A stretch of 64,000 nt of DNA, from positions 1,632 through 65,631 of the forward strand of contig JAHJGY010000070.1 in assembly GCA_018824115.1 (NCBI GenBank), read 5' to 3'. The position numbers and the translations under genes were made by a program. Within the stretch, counting starts at the first letter, position 1; each line of letters begins with the position of its first letter. Shown here piece by piece: positions 30,738 through 40,675 of the stretch. The DNA comes from Patescibacteria group bacterium (GTDB lineage: Bacteria; Patescibacteriota; 4484-211). The notes beneath the pieces are model-generated. The model was not told the origin of the DNA. It saw only the letters and a program-made list of their open reading frames with translations, and did no database searches.

Positions 30738-31355
30738 ATGGAATTAAAAGATTTTCTTGCCCCTTTCTGCAAGCGTTGGAAGCCCGTTCTTCTTGTTCCA
30801 TTTACCTTGGGAGTGCTTGCCTATATATGCAGTAGCTATCTTCCACTAAAGTACCAGGCTTCGGCAACAATTTATGTTCAGAGAACTCCCGAGCAAAGTC
30901 AGGGAGAGTTCTTTACCTACGAAGGATACTATGCTTATAAGGCGGCTCAAGAGTATGCCGATACGATTACCGGATTTTTAGAGAGTCCAGATATTATCCG
31001 GCAGGCGGGGTTGATAGTTTGGGAATCAGTTTCTGAAGATAGGCAGCGGCAATTGCAAAATTCTGTCAGTGCGACGAAAGTTGCTCCACAACTTGTTCAG
31101 GTGGTAGTTACGTTTGGCAGTACCGACGAGGCAAAACAGATATTAACTGCCTTGGTCCAAGCTGTTGATACAAGTACGAAATCACTGAACCAGCTTGGTG
31201 GTGGTGAGACTAAGATTGGCTTGTTAACTGAGGGGCTATTGACGGAAACGGTTAGGCCACGGCGATTGTTAAATGCATTAGTTGCTGCCGGTGCCGGAAT
31301 TATTATAGTTTGTGTTTGGGTTTGGCTGAGAGAGTATGTTATTTCGGCTAACTGA
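30738..31355 (+). CDS. Wzz/CpsC-like polysaccharide chain-length/membrane protein
   Basis: N- and C-terminal TMs, P.YQASATIYV, C-terminal P..LLN. Confidence 0.75.
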   Translation: MELKDFLAPFCKRWKPVLLVPFTLGVLAYICSSYLPLKYQASATIYVQRTPEQSQGEFFTYEGYYAYKAAQEYADTITGFLESPDIIRQAGLIVWESVSEDRQRQLQNSVSATKVAPQLVQVVVTFGSTDEAKQILTALVQAVDTSTKSLNQLGGGETKIGLLTEGLLTETVRPRRLLNALVAAGAGIIIVCVWVWLREYVISAN

Positions 31356-31414
31356 AAACTCTTCACTACGCCCTGTCTGACGGGGTTACGCTCGAGTTTT
31401 CTGAGCCTCATTAA
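31339..31414 (+). repeat. Modular hairpin element, copy 2
   Basis: TTCGGCTAAC-T-GAAAACTC...GAGTTTTC-T-GAGCCTCATTAA, 7 nt before ATG 31422. Confidence 0.8.
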
Positions 31415-31421
31415 ACTGCCC

Positions 31422-34400
31422 ATGGAAAATACGATAAGGTCCGAAATAAATTTTTCTACTGCAAGTGTTTTAATTGCCGGAGTTGGTAATTTTGTTGGCT
31501 ATCATTTAGCCGATTCGTTGTTAACCTCTGATGTCCGCGTTATTGGAATTGATAATTTTATTACTGGATCCGAAGGTCTAGTACAGGGTCTCTGCCGCAA
31601 TCCGAGATTCAGTTTTTTCCAAGCAGATATTAACCAGCCCCTCCCCGCCGCCTTGTATAAAGAGGAGGTATCTCATGTTATCCATTTAGCCAACATTGAA
31701 ACTTGTACGAGCCAGGGACATCTACAATTGAATGAGTTGCTTTCCAATTCGTTTGGCGTTAAGAATCTACTTGACTTTAGTATAGATAAAAAGGCGCCGT
31801 TTGTGTTTACATCTACGATTGATATTTACCAGGGTTTAGCATCTTCGACCAGCTTAAGCCACTACTTTAACGGTGAGGGTATGGCGAATAAGCTCACGTA
31901 CGCGGAAGCGAAGCGTTATGCCGAGAGTCTGTGTCAGGAATATGTCCAATTGTATGGTGCTGATGTTCGTGTTGCCCGATTATCCGAAGTTTACGGTCCA
32001 TGGATGAGGCTGGATCGAGGGACTGCTTTTAGTGAACTTTTGCGCCCGGCACTGTTAGGAGAGGACTTAGTGGTTTTGACGAGTGGTACCTCAAATTATT
32101 ACCTTACTTATGTTAGCGATGTTGTGTATGGATTGGTGAAGTTAATTTTTGCTCAGTCGGATTTGGTAAAGCAAGGAATTTTCTATTTTGTTAACCCTCA
32201 GGAGGTTAACCTGGTAGACATTGCACATACTCTTGTGCGTCTATCTGCTAAGGGCAAGGTACGGATTGAGGGGATAGTGAAGGAAGGGATTGCTTTCCCT
32301 TCGTCGCGAGTGGATTTGTCGCGTAGTCAACACGATTTATACTGGGGTGCGAAGGTAAATCTTGAGGAGGGGCTTGGATTGACCTTGGCTTATTTCCGTG
32401 ATTATCCAGATTTACGGTCGGTCGATAGTTTTTCTGTGCCCCAGAAGATGGCGGCCAGTAGTTCGACCGAAACCCAAAGGGATTATATGCAGTACCAGGC
32501 GGCTAAAGAAGTAGTAGAAGATAGACTTGAACAGCCCGAGATACAGCCTAGTGATGTAGGAGGGGCATTACCGCAACCGCCAGTTAAGGACAGGATTATG
32601 TTTGGCCTAAAGTCGATGATTGAGAAGGAGCGTACGGATGTTGATGATGATAGTAAAACATCTGTGCCGGGTACGGAAAAGGAAGCGGGAAAAGATAAGG
32701 GGGCGCGGGGATGGCTTGCTTTGAAGCGTCAGGAAGAAGTTGTTCCGGGGAGTGGTTCTTCTCTGGATGTGCCGCAGGAAAGCCTAAGCAGTGTTCATAT
32801 ATCGTATCGCAAGAAAAAATGGAAGGGCATAGCCCTTGTTGTTAGCGCGATTCTAATTCTATTCAGTTTCGTGCTGCTACCCTTAATTAAACCATTTTTC
32901 TGGGGCTGGCAGAGTTTGCGGGAAGTAAGAGCGTTACAGCAATCACTTCTGGAAGGAAATCTTGAAGTGAGTGCAGGGCGGTTAGGTGTTTTACAGAAGG
33001 ACATTGCCCTTTTTGATCGGAGTCTTTCGAGTGTCGAATGGTTTTGTCGTCTAATGGGTAAACAGCCAATCTGTGAGTCGTTACACAAATTACTGTCGGT
33101 TGCATCTTTCGCTGGTGAAGGCGGAGATGTGTTGATCCAGGCCCTGCAGGAAGGAGAGTTACTATTCGCAGCAATCCAGTCAGCGTCGCCAGCATTGGGA
33201 GGGGAAGAATCGGCGATTTCAGAGAAAGTACAGTCTTCGACCAAAAAAATATTGGTCGATTTTGAATCTGCGCAAAAGCGGTTTTCGCTGGCAAGGGCGG
33301 AGCTGAGTTCAGTGGATGCTGTAGTGCTTCCATCTAGCCTTAGTGGATATAAGATAAGGGGGGAAGAAATGCTTACAGAAATAAGTAGCTATTTGTCTCA
33401 GGCAGAGGCATTGTTCGAATACTTGCCTCAATTGTTAGGGATTCCGCAACAACAAAGTTATTTTGTTTTGCTTCAAAACAGTAGTGAACTGCGAGCCACA
33501 GGGGGTTTTATTGGTAGTTACGCCACTTTTACCTTTGAACAGGGCAAGTTGATGGAATTAAAGGTGGATGATATTTATAATCCGGATGGTCAGTTGCAAG
33601 ATACAGAGCCGGCCCCGAAGCCGATAAAGGATAATTTTAAAGTGGAGAATCTTGGTATTCGTGATGCTAATTGGTGGCCACATTTTCCAACTAGTGCGCA
33701 GAAAATAATTGATCTCTATCAGCAAGCGGTTGGAGAAGAAGTAGATTTGGTAGTCGGTCTTAATCTGTACACGATTGGCCAGTTGCTAGATAAAGTTGGT
33801 CCGGTTAACTTGGCTGATTACCAAGAGACTATTTCGGGGGAAAACTTGTTCGAAAAGGCAGAACTATATAGTGAGGTTGGGTTTCAGCCCGGCTCCGATC
33901 AGAAAAAAAGCTTTCTGACAGCTTTATCCCAGGACTTAATAGCCAAACTCCTTCAGGCAGACAATACCCAATGTGCTTCCGCGCTGGGGGTATTGTTGGA
34001 GAATCTTGAGGACGGGAGTGTGATGTTGTATTCCTCTTCCGAGGATTTACAAACAGTGTTTAATCAATTGGGTTGGAGTGGGCGTATAGCGGCGGTTGAA
34101 AAAGAGGAAGACTATATTGCCGTAGTGGATTCCAACGTTGGCGGTAATAAGGCAAACTTTTGGATTGAGCGGTCGACAGATTATCGTTTAGACGTGGATC
34201 GTGATGGTAATCTGACGGGCGTTTTGACTATTTCCTGGGTGCATCGGGGTGACTCTGGTACCTGGCCGGGCGGGGATTACAAAAATTATCTACGAGTGTA
34301 TGTGCCAGAGTACGCGGTGTTTATTGAAGCAGCCGGTTTTGCTGGTGAAGTTGAGAAATATACGGAGTTCAATAAGAAGGTGTTTGGAGCTATAGTAGAT

Positions 34401-34664
34401 GTCCCGGTTAACTCAACTAAAGAGGTTATTTTAAAGTACAGTTTACCCTGGGAAATTGGATTTTCGAAGAAAACGGGTTACCGGCTTACAGTTAAAAATC
34501 AGCCAGGCATTATGGGTGAATCGTTTAATTTAATCATAAACTTGCCCGTATTTCTTAAAGGGAAGAGTGTGAATGGAGGGTTAATTGATGCAGATAATAA
34601 TCGTGTTGTCTGGGAAACAATACTAGACGGAACAAAAACTATGGGGTTGGAAGTGGATCGGTGA
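31422..34664 (+). CDS. NAD-dependent epimerase/dehydratase domain fused via a TM to a DUF4012-like domain
   Basis: N-terminal Rossmann fold with YAEAKR; central TM; C-terminal QNSSELRATGGFIGSY, RDANWWPHFP, NVGGNKAN, YKNYLRVYVP. Confidence 0.85.
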   Translation: MENTIRSEINFSTASVLIAGVGNFVGYHLADSLLTSDVRVIGIDNFITGSEGLVQGLCRNPRFSFFQADINQPLPAALYKEEVSHVIHLANIETCTSQGHLQLNELLSNSFGVKNLLDFSIDKKAPFVFTSTIDIYQGLASSTSLSHYFNGEGMANKLTYAEAKRYAESLCQEYVQLYGADVRVARLSEVYGPWMRLDRGTAFSELLRPALLGEDLVVLTSGTSNYYLTYVSDVVYGLVKLIFAQSDLVKQGIFYFVNPQEVNLVDIAHTLVRLSAKGKVRIEGIVKEGIAFPSSRVDLSRSQHDLYWGAKVNLEEGLGLTLAYFRDYPDLRSVDSFSVPQKMAASSSTETQRDYMQYQAAKEVVEDRLEQPEIQPSDVGGALPQPPVKDRIMFGLKSMIEKERTDVDDDSKTSVPGTEKEAGKDKGARGWLALKRQEEVVPGSGSSLDVPQESLSSVHISYRKKKWKGIALVVSAILILFSFVLLPLIKPFFWGWQSLREVRALQQSLLEGNLEVSAGRLGVLQKDIALFDRSLSSVEWFCRLMGKQPICESLHKLLSVASFAGEGGDVLIQALQEGELLFAAIQSASPALGGEESAISEKVQSSTKKILVDFESAQKRFSLARAELSSVDAVVLPSSLSGYKIRGEEMLTEISSYLSQAEALFEYLPQLLGIPQQQSYFVLLQNSSELRATGGFIGSYATFTFEQGKLMELKVDDIYNPDGQLQDTEPAPKPIKDNFKVENLGIRDANWWPHFPTSAQKIIDLYQQAVGEEVDLVVGLNLYTIGQLLDKVGPVNLADYQETISGENLFEKAELYSEVGFQPGSDQKKSFLTALSQDLIAKLLQADNTQCASALGVLLENLEDGSVMLYSSSEDLQTVFNQLGWSGRIAAVEKEEDYIAVVDSNVGGNKANFWIERSTDYRLDVDRDGNLTGVLTISWVHRGDSGTWPGGDYKNYLRVYVPEYAVFIEAAGFAGEVEKYTEFNKKVFGAIVDVPVNSTKEVILKYSLPWEIGFSKKTGYRLTVKNQPGIMGESFNLIINLPVFLKGKSVNGGLIDADNNRVVWETILDGTKTMGLEVDR

Positions 34665-34755
34665 GGATCGGTGTCTTTAGCCCCGAACAGTTACTACATA
34701 ACCTACCTGTCTTTTCCCGTTGGTATTTTGAGGTACAATACTTAGGAGCGAGCTT

Positions 34756-35862
34756 ATGAATTATCTTAAAGAATATCCAATAAAGGGCAAGGTGTTGGAG
34801 TTTCCGGTCTTTTTCCCCGATGCCACAAGGGCAGTGATCAGAAGTATAGACACGCATGATTTAAGGCGGACAGGCGTTGAAGGGGTGGTGGTGAATACCT
34901 ATCATCTAATGGCTCAGCCGGGAACGACAGTAATAGAACAACTGGGTGGGGTAAAGTTGTTAATGAATTGGGATGGCTGGGTAGCTTCGGATTCTGGTGG
35001 TTTCCAAATAATGTCGTTAATTCAGCGGAACAGGTCGATAGGAAGCATTACTGACAGAGGGGTTGTTTTTCATCGGGGGACAAGGAAGAAAAAGAAATAT
35101 GTATTTACGCCGGAAAAATCGATTGAAGTGCAGTTTAGTTTAGGAGCAGATATCTTGGTATGTCTGGATGATTTCACGGACCCGCGTGCTAAAGAAGACG
35201 AGATAGAGATTAGTGTAAAACGAACAATCGAGTGGGGGAAAAGATGTAAAGATGAGTTTTTAAAGCAAGTGGCGCAGCGGAAACTGGATAATGCCAGTCG
35301 CCCGATACTGATTGGCGTAATCCAAGGTGGTGATAACAAGGCAATGCGGGAAAAGTGTGCACGGGGATTATTGGAGATAGGATTTGACGGTTACGGGTTC
35401 GGCGGCTGGCCGCTAGATAAAGATGGTAATTTGGATGTGGAGATAGCCAGTTTTACGGCCTCGTTGTCACCAGAAAACCTGCCCCGTTTTGCTCTGGGTG
35501 TTGGTAGCCCGCAGAATATACTGGAGTGCTTTCGTTTTGGCTACAATATTTTTGATTGCGTTTTACCTACCCGCGATGCGCGACACCGGCGCTTGTACGT
35601 TTTTTCTGAGGATCCGGAAAAAGTTGATATTTTGAGCCTAAAGCGGCTTCATAGCTACCTGTATATTCTTCGTGAAAAGTATGTTCGTGACAATAGTCCG
35701 ATTAGTGAGCATTGTGATTGTTATACTTGCCAAAATTATTCTCGGGCTTACCTACATCACTTGTTCCGTATTGAAGATTCACTGTCCTGGAGGTTGGCCA
35801 CTATTCATAACCTACGTATGTATACGAGGTTAATTGAGATGCTGAGAGGGATGATTACCTAG
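34756..35862 (+). CDS. tgt: tRNA-guanine transglycosylase
   Basis: NTYHL, DSGGFQ, FDCVLPTR, zinc site CDCYTC...HN. Confidence 0.93.
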   Translation: MNYLKEYPIKGKVLEFPVFFPDATRAVIRSIDTHDLRRTGVEGVVVNTYHLMAQPGTTVIEQLGGVKLLMNWDGWVASDSGGFQIMSLIQRNRSIGSITDRGVVFHRGTRKKKKYVFTPEKSIEVQFSLGADILVCLDDFTDPRAKEDEIEISVKRTIEWGKRCKDEFLKQVAQRKLDNASRPILIGVIQGGDNKAMREKCARGLLEIGFDGYGFGGWPLDKDGNLDVEIASFTASLSPENLPRFALGVGSPQNILECFRFGYNIFDCVLPTRDARHRRLYVFSEDPEKVDILSLKRLHSYLYILREKYVRDNSPISEHCDCYTCQNYSRAYLHHLFRIEDSLSWRLATIHNLRMYTRLIEMLRGMIT

Positions 35863-36988
35863 TGCGTCCTTCAATAAGATCGGGCTGGAAAATTTTTTGG
35901 CGCGTGTAGTCTATCCCGCGGTAAAAGTAATAGAGTGGAGATAAAGGCAGATCAAGACAACCGATATAGCTAACTCGCTTTCCACTAAAACCTTTCTTAA
36001 ATAATGTGTGTCCGCTCCAAGCGTGTTTGGGGTTGTCGGTGGGAGCAATTCCCCAGAGGTCATATTCTTTAACATTCTCTCGTTTTAAAGATTGCATGAT
36101 TTCCCATTGTAGAATATAGGGGGCATATAAGTTCTTTGTTTCTGGGCTTATATCAGAAGCTCCCCACAGGTAACAACCCATATTTTGTGTTTTAAGAATA
36201 GCGGCGGCGGCAATAACCCTAGAGCCGGCAGGAAAGCTATCAACAAGCACTGAGGGGAGTTCGCTCTGTTGTCTTTTGATTTGCGGGGGGAGGAAAGAGA
36301 GATAAAGTTCAGCTTGCTTACTTGGCGCCATCAGTTGGAAGACTTTTTCGAATTGTCTCCAAGATCTCGGCGAGAAACCTTTTTCTGCCGTTTGTTGATA
36401 TTTCTCGTAGAATATTTTCCATAGTTCTTTGTTTTTTCCTTGATCTTTGATTACCCTTACACCTTCACGGGCGGCGCGGCGGATGCCATAACGGGTATCT
36501 TTATCCATATGGTAAATAAGGTCTTCTAGTTTTTGGGTTAAATCGATTATTGAAGTATGGGAAGGTTGAATAGATTTAAAATAGGGATGTAGTGACAGGG
36601 GGCCGGTAACTGATAACTGGTAACTGGAATCAATTTGGGGTTCTATGCGGCAGAATAATGTTCGCGAAGAAGAATATTTTTCTTTGATATATTCGAGTAA
36701 GTTTTTTAGGATGGTGGGTGCTTTTGGATCTTGCCAATTTAGTACTGGCCCTCGGGGACAGTAAAGCATTGAGAGTCCGAATGGTAAAGTTCGTTTGAGA
36801 ATTTGTGCTCCAGCGACGAGTTTTTTACGGTAAAAGACTCCTAAGTGAATGGGCTGCCAAACAACTGATGTTTTAACTTCTCCCCATTCCCAGAGTTGTA
36901 AGGGACTGTTGTAAGGATGGTGACTAATAAATTTATTCCACGCGATTTTGGAGTTAGTTGAGAGTGATTTAACTTGGTAAATTGACAT
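35855..36988 (-). CDS. FemABX/MurM family peptidoglycan bridge aminoacyltransferase
   Basis: LQLWEWGEVK, YCPRGP, RYGIRRA, YDLWGI, FKKGF. Confidence 0.9.
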   Translation of the reverse strand: MSIYQVKSLSTNSKIAWNKFISHHPYNSPLQLWEWGEVKTSVVWQPIHLGVFYRKKLVAGAQILKRTLPFGLSMLYCPRGPVLNWQDPKAPTILKNLLEYIKEKYSSSRTLFCRIEPQIDSSYQLSVTGPLSLHPYFKSIQPSHTSIIDLTQKLEDLIYHMDKDTRYGIRRAAREGVRVIKDQGKNKELWKIFYEKYQQTAEKGFSPRSWRQFEKVFQLMAPSKQAELYLSFLPPQIKRQQSELPSVLVDSFPAGSRVIAAAAILKTQNMGCYLWGASDISPETKNLYAPYILQWEIMQSLKRENVKEYDLWGIAPTDNPKHAWSGHTLFKKGFSGKRVSYIGCLDLPLSPLYYFYRGIDYTRQKIFQPDLIEGRTR

Positions 36989-37131
36989 TAGTGCTCGAGA
37001 GATTACTATATTATATCAGCCGGGCCATTAACTGCTTCTCGGGGTTTGAAAAAACCCTCTCTTCTGTGGTAGAATATGAATGGTTTAGGGCTTTGTTGGG
37101 CTTAAATATTGGAAAAGTGGGTTTGTTGAGG

Positions 37132-37540
37132 TGGGAGAGAGGTCTATCGCCCCGACCTTTGGGTCGTGGGAGGAAAGTCCAGACTACATAAGGCAGGGTG
37201 GGCGCTGCAAGGCGTTCGTGGTAACACCGAGTGGGCTAATCCCGAAAGGGAAAAGTCATCTTGAGGGAAACAACCTTCAGGAAGAGCCACAGTGACGTAA
37301 CTAATTTCTAAGTCCTTGTGATATGAAATTAGAGTGAAACGTGCAATCCTCCCTGTAGCAACTTCCGGATGGCACGAGCTCTCGACTTTAAGTCTGCCAG
37401 TCGGCAGACAGGTCGGAGGAGAGGTCGCCTGCCGAGTGCCGAAGACGAAGGCATTAGATAGATGATAGACAGTCTCGACTTTAGGCCTGCCCGTCGGCAG
37501 GCAGGTCGGGATAAACAGAATCTGGCTTACTCCTCTCCCA
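37132..37540 (+). ncRNA. rnpB: RNase P RNA
   Basis: Conserved GAGGAAAGTCC, GCCACAG, GTGAAAC, TAGATAGATGAT and ACAGAATCTGGCTTA; P1 TGGGAGA/TCTCCCA. Confidence 0.95.
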
Positions 37541-37707
37541 TCATAACAAGCCCATATTGATTCGAACTCGTAGGGAAATGAAGGAGCTGTTCCTCCAGAT
37601 GGCCTCTTGCTAGTTAATGAAGGGACCGTCCTCCCACAGAGCTATCTTGACCTAATACAGAGCCGTACTAGGGGTGGCCCTTAACGAAAAAATGTTACAA
37701 TAGAAGC

Positions 37708-38196
37708 ATGTCAGTGCACTTCTACCCAAAACTTTTCGACTCCAAACAATTCGAAGATCAAAAAGAGCGTAAAGACAATTTATATGAGCTGGTTATGGAA
37801 TGTACCGACGAGAATTTTGATTTTAATATTGATGACTCGTTCACCGCATTAGCCTACTATCCATCAGCAGACGTACCAGCAAATTTTGCTACTGTTTTGT
37901 CTGAGCAATTAGAACTAGATCTCATTGATCTTGATGATGATTCCCAGCTTGAAGAAGTAAGTAAAACGATCGAAATACTTAACAAAATCGGGTCTGTGGA
38001 AAAGACAAACTTAGATTGGGAAACTTATGAACCATATATTGGATTTATAACACTAGAAGAAAGCATTACCCTCAAGGGTTTTCTCGAGAAATATAATTTT
38101 GATGATGACGTAATTAACAATTATAAACATTTTATGTTGGAGATTTTACGTAAAGCTATTGAAAAGAATAAGGGGATTATTATTCTAGCATTTTAA
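37708..38196 (+). CDS. Hypothetical acidic protein
   Basis: 162-aa AT-rich ORF directly after an extended -10 (TGTTACAAT). Confidence 0.7.
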   Translation: MSVHFYPKLFDSKQFEDQKERKDNLYELVMECTDENFDFNIDDSFTALAYYPSADVPANFATVLSEQLELDLIDLDDDSQLEEVSKTIEILNKIGSVEKTNLDWETYEPYIGFITLEESITLKGFLEKYNFDDDVINNYKHFMLEILRKAIEKNKGIIILAF

Positions 38197-38352
38197 TCCA
38201 GCTTCCTATACTTTTTACTTTGTAGAGTACACCCTATCTAAGTTTTCTAAGGACGGATGTTCTAAAAACCCATTAATGAAAGGACGATCCTTCCGTCCTC
38301 CGTTCCCCCATTCAACGCGGCGAGCCCAGGATTTGCCGTCACATGGCCCTTG

Positions 38353-40611
38353 TCAAACACTAGGTGTTTGGTTAACAAATTCTTTGAGGTATCTACCTGT
38401 ATGGGAGTTGTTACTATTACAAATATCCTCTGGTGTTCCTTGCGCAACAATTCGACCACCTTTATCTCCACCCCCTGGCCCTAAGTCAATAATCCAGTCC
38501 GCTTGCCGGATTACGTCTAAGTTGTGTTCAACAATAAGTACTGTGTTGCCATTATCCACTAACTTATTTAATAGCCTCATTAATTTATCGAGATCTGCGA
38601 AGTGGAGACCCGAAGTTGGTTCATCTAGAATATAAAACTCATTTTCCTTCTGAAGCCTACTTGCAAGTTTAAGTCTTTGAGACTCGCCACCCGAAAGGGT
38701 GTCTAAGGTTTGTCCCATTTCAATATAATCGAGCCCAACATTAATTAATAAGTCCATTGCGTCTATAATTTTTTTGTCTTCAAAAAATCCCTTTACTTCC
38801 CGTGCCGTCATTTCTAAGATTTGTGCGATGTTTCTACCCTTATGTCTGTATCTGAGAACTTTTTCTTTATATCTAGTGCCGCCACACTTGTCACAGCGTA
38901 TCTTCACATTACCTAAAAAGTTCATATCCATGTTAATGTAGCCAACACCCTTGCAATTCGCACATCCACCCTTTGAGTTAAAACTAAATAAACCTACGCT
39001 CATATTCGTACTTTTGGCAAATATTTTTCTTATTTCATCAAATGCACCAATATATGTGGCAATGCAACCCCTTTTGGTGTTGCCAATTTGCTTTTGATCC
39101 ATAGCCGTTATCCTTTCACCGTGTTGAGCAATAATTTCTTCAACCAAAGAGCTTTTACCCGACCCTGATACTCCAGTTAGTGCTACCAATACTCCGCAGG
39201 GGATTTTCACATTCAGATTTTTCAGGTTGTGCTTTGTTGCGTTGACAATTTTTAAATGATCTATGGGTGTTCTAACTTTATCTTTTAAATCCTTTCTTTC
39301 ACTATTTACTAAATACTTTGCTGTTACGGATTTAGGGTTGTTGACAATCTCATTTAGTACTCCTTGAGCAATAACCCTTCCCCCCTCCTTGCCGCCCCCG
39401 GGTCCAATTTCAACAATGTGATCCGAGCTTTTTATTATTGCCTCATCATGTTCAACCACCAATATCGTGTTGCTGTTCTTGCATAAACTTTTTAAATTAT
39501 TAACCACCCCAGCGACATCTTTGGGGTGAAGGCCGGCCGTAGGTTCATCCAACACATAAATAGTTTCAATTAAATCACAACCTAACTGTCTTGCCATTTT
39601 TACTCGCTGTGCTTCTCCTCCCGATAAAGTATCTGCCGATCGGTTAAGAGATAAATATCCGACACCTGCGTTAACAAGATGTTCTAATTGCTCTGTTAAA
39701 CGAGGCTTTATTACCTCGGCATGGGGATGACCTACATTCTTTATAAATTCTAAGCAGTCAGTTAATGGCATATTTGCAACCTCACCAATACTTTTGCCAT
39801 TTACCCTTACCGATAATGCTTGGGCGTTGAGCTTTCCACCCTTACAAGCGGGGCAGTCAATAAAGTCAAAATATTTTAAATCACTTTTGGAGGGGCCCCG
39901 ATGCACCTTAGTGTTTCTGTGCATTATCCGATAAACAATTCCCTGGTATGTCCACTTATTTACTATAAATGCGCCCTGGCTATCCAACAAAACCGGTTTG
40001 GCATTTAACAACTTATCAAGTTCTTCTTGGCAATAATCTTTTATCTTTTTATCCATGTCAAAGTAACCACTTGATCCGATGATGCTCCACTGTCGTCCGC
40101 CTACGTACCACTCACCAGGTTTCAATGCTCCTTCATTTAAACTCTTATTTACATCAAGTATCTTATCTAGATTTACTTCAACAGATCTTCCTAATCCCTT
40201 ACATTGTGGACATGCTCCAAATGGATGATTAAAGGAGAAGTAGGTTGAATCCATCGTAGGTAAACCCACCCTAGAGAAGAGTAGCCTCAAATAGTTATAA
40301 CTTTCGGTCAATGTCCCAACTGTTGATCGGGGATTACTGCGAACTCTGGCTTGGCTAATTTTTACAGTTGATGAAATTCCAGATATTGAATCGATATCTG
40401 GCTTGTTATTTTTGCTTAGATATCTTCTGGCATAAGTACTTAATGACTCGAAATACTGCCTTTCGCTTTCACGGGCAATAATGTCGAAGGCTATTGTTGA
40501 CTTGCCGGAACCCGACACGCCCACAAAACAGACAACCCGGTTTCTAGGGATAACGACATCAATGTTTTTCAGGTTGTTCTCTCTGGCCCCTTTAATATTA
40601 ATAGTGTTCAT
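38353..40611 (-). CDS. Class II UvrA (UvrA2/DrrC-like) ABC ATPase
   Basis: Two Walker A (GVSGSGKS), two LSGGE signatures, zinc fingers; 752 aa, lacking the UvrB-binding insertion. Confidence 0.9.
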   Translation of the reverse strand: MNTINIKGARENNLKNIDVVIPRNRVVCFVGVSGSGKSTIAFDIIARESERQYFESLSTYARRYLSKNNKPDIDSISGISSTVKISQARVRSNPRSTVGTLTESYNYLRLLFSRVGLPTMDSTYFSFNHPFGACPQCKGLGRSVEVNLDKILDVNKSLNEGALKPGEWYVGGRQWSIIGSSGYFDMDKKIKDYCQEELDKLLNAKPVLLDSQGAFIVNKWTYQGIVYRIMHRNTKVHRGPSKSDLKYFDFIDCPACKGGKLNAQALSVRVNGKSIGEVANMPLTDCLEFIKNVGHPHAEVIKPRLTEQLEHLVNAGVGYLSLNRSADTLSGGEAQRVKMARQLGCDLIETIYVLDEPTAGLHPKDVAGVVNNLKSLCKNSNTILVVEHDEAIIKSSDHIVEIGPGGGKEGGRVIAQGVLNEIVNNPKSVTAKYLVNSERKDLKDKVRTPIDHLKIVNATKHNLKNLNVKIPCGVLVALTGVSGSGKSSLVEEIIAQHGERITAMDQKQIGNTKRGCIATYIGAFDEIRKIFAKSTNMSVGLFSFNSKGGCANCKGVGYINMDMNFLGNVKIRCDKCGGTRYKEKVLRYRHKGRNIAQILEMTAREVKGFFEDKKIIDAMDLLINVGLDYIEMGQTLDTLSGGESQRLKLASRLQKENEFYILDEPTSGLHFADLDKLMRLLNKLVDNGNTVLIVEHNLDVIRQADWIIDLGPGGGDKGGRIVAQGTPEDICNSNNSHTGRYLKEFVNQTPSV

Positions 40612-40615
40612 AAGA

Positions 40616-40670
40616 TTGACATTTCTCTACCACGGGACTATAATAAGCTATTACGTTACGTCATAGTCAA
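40616..40670. promoter_or_regulatory. Overlapping divergent promoters with MerR-type operator
   Basis: Plus strand TTGACA(40616)-17-TATAAT(40639); minus strand TTGACT(40670)-19-TATTAT with dyad CTATGACGT-A-ACGTAATAG. Confidence 0.85.
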
Positions 40671-40675
40671 GTATC

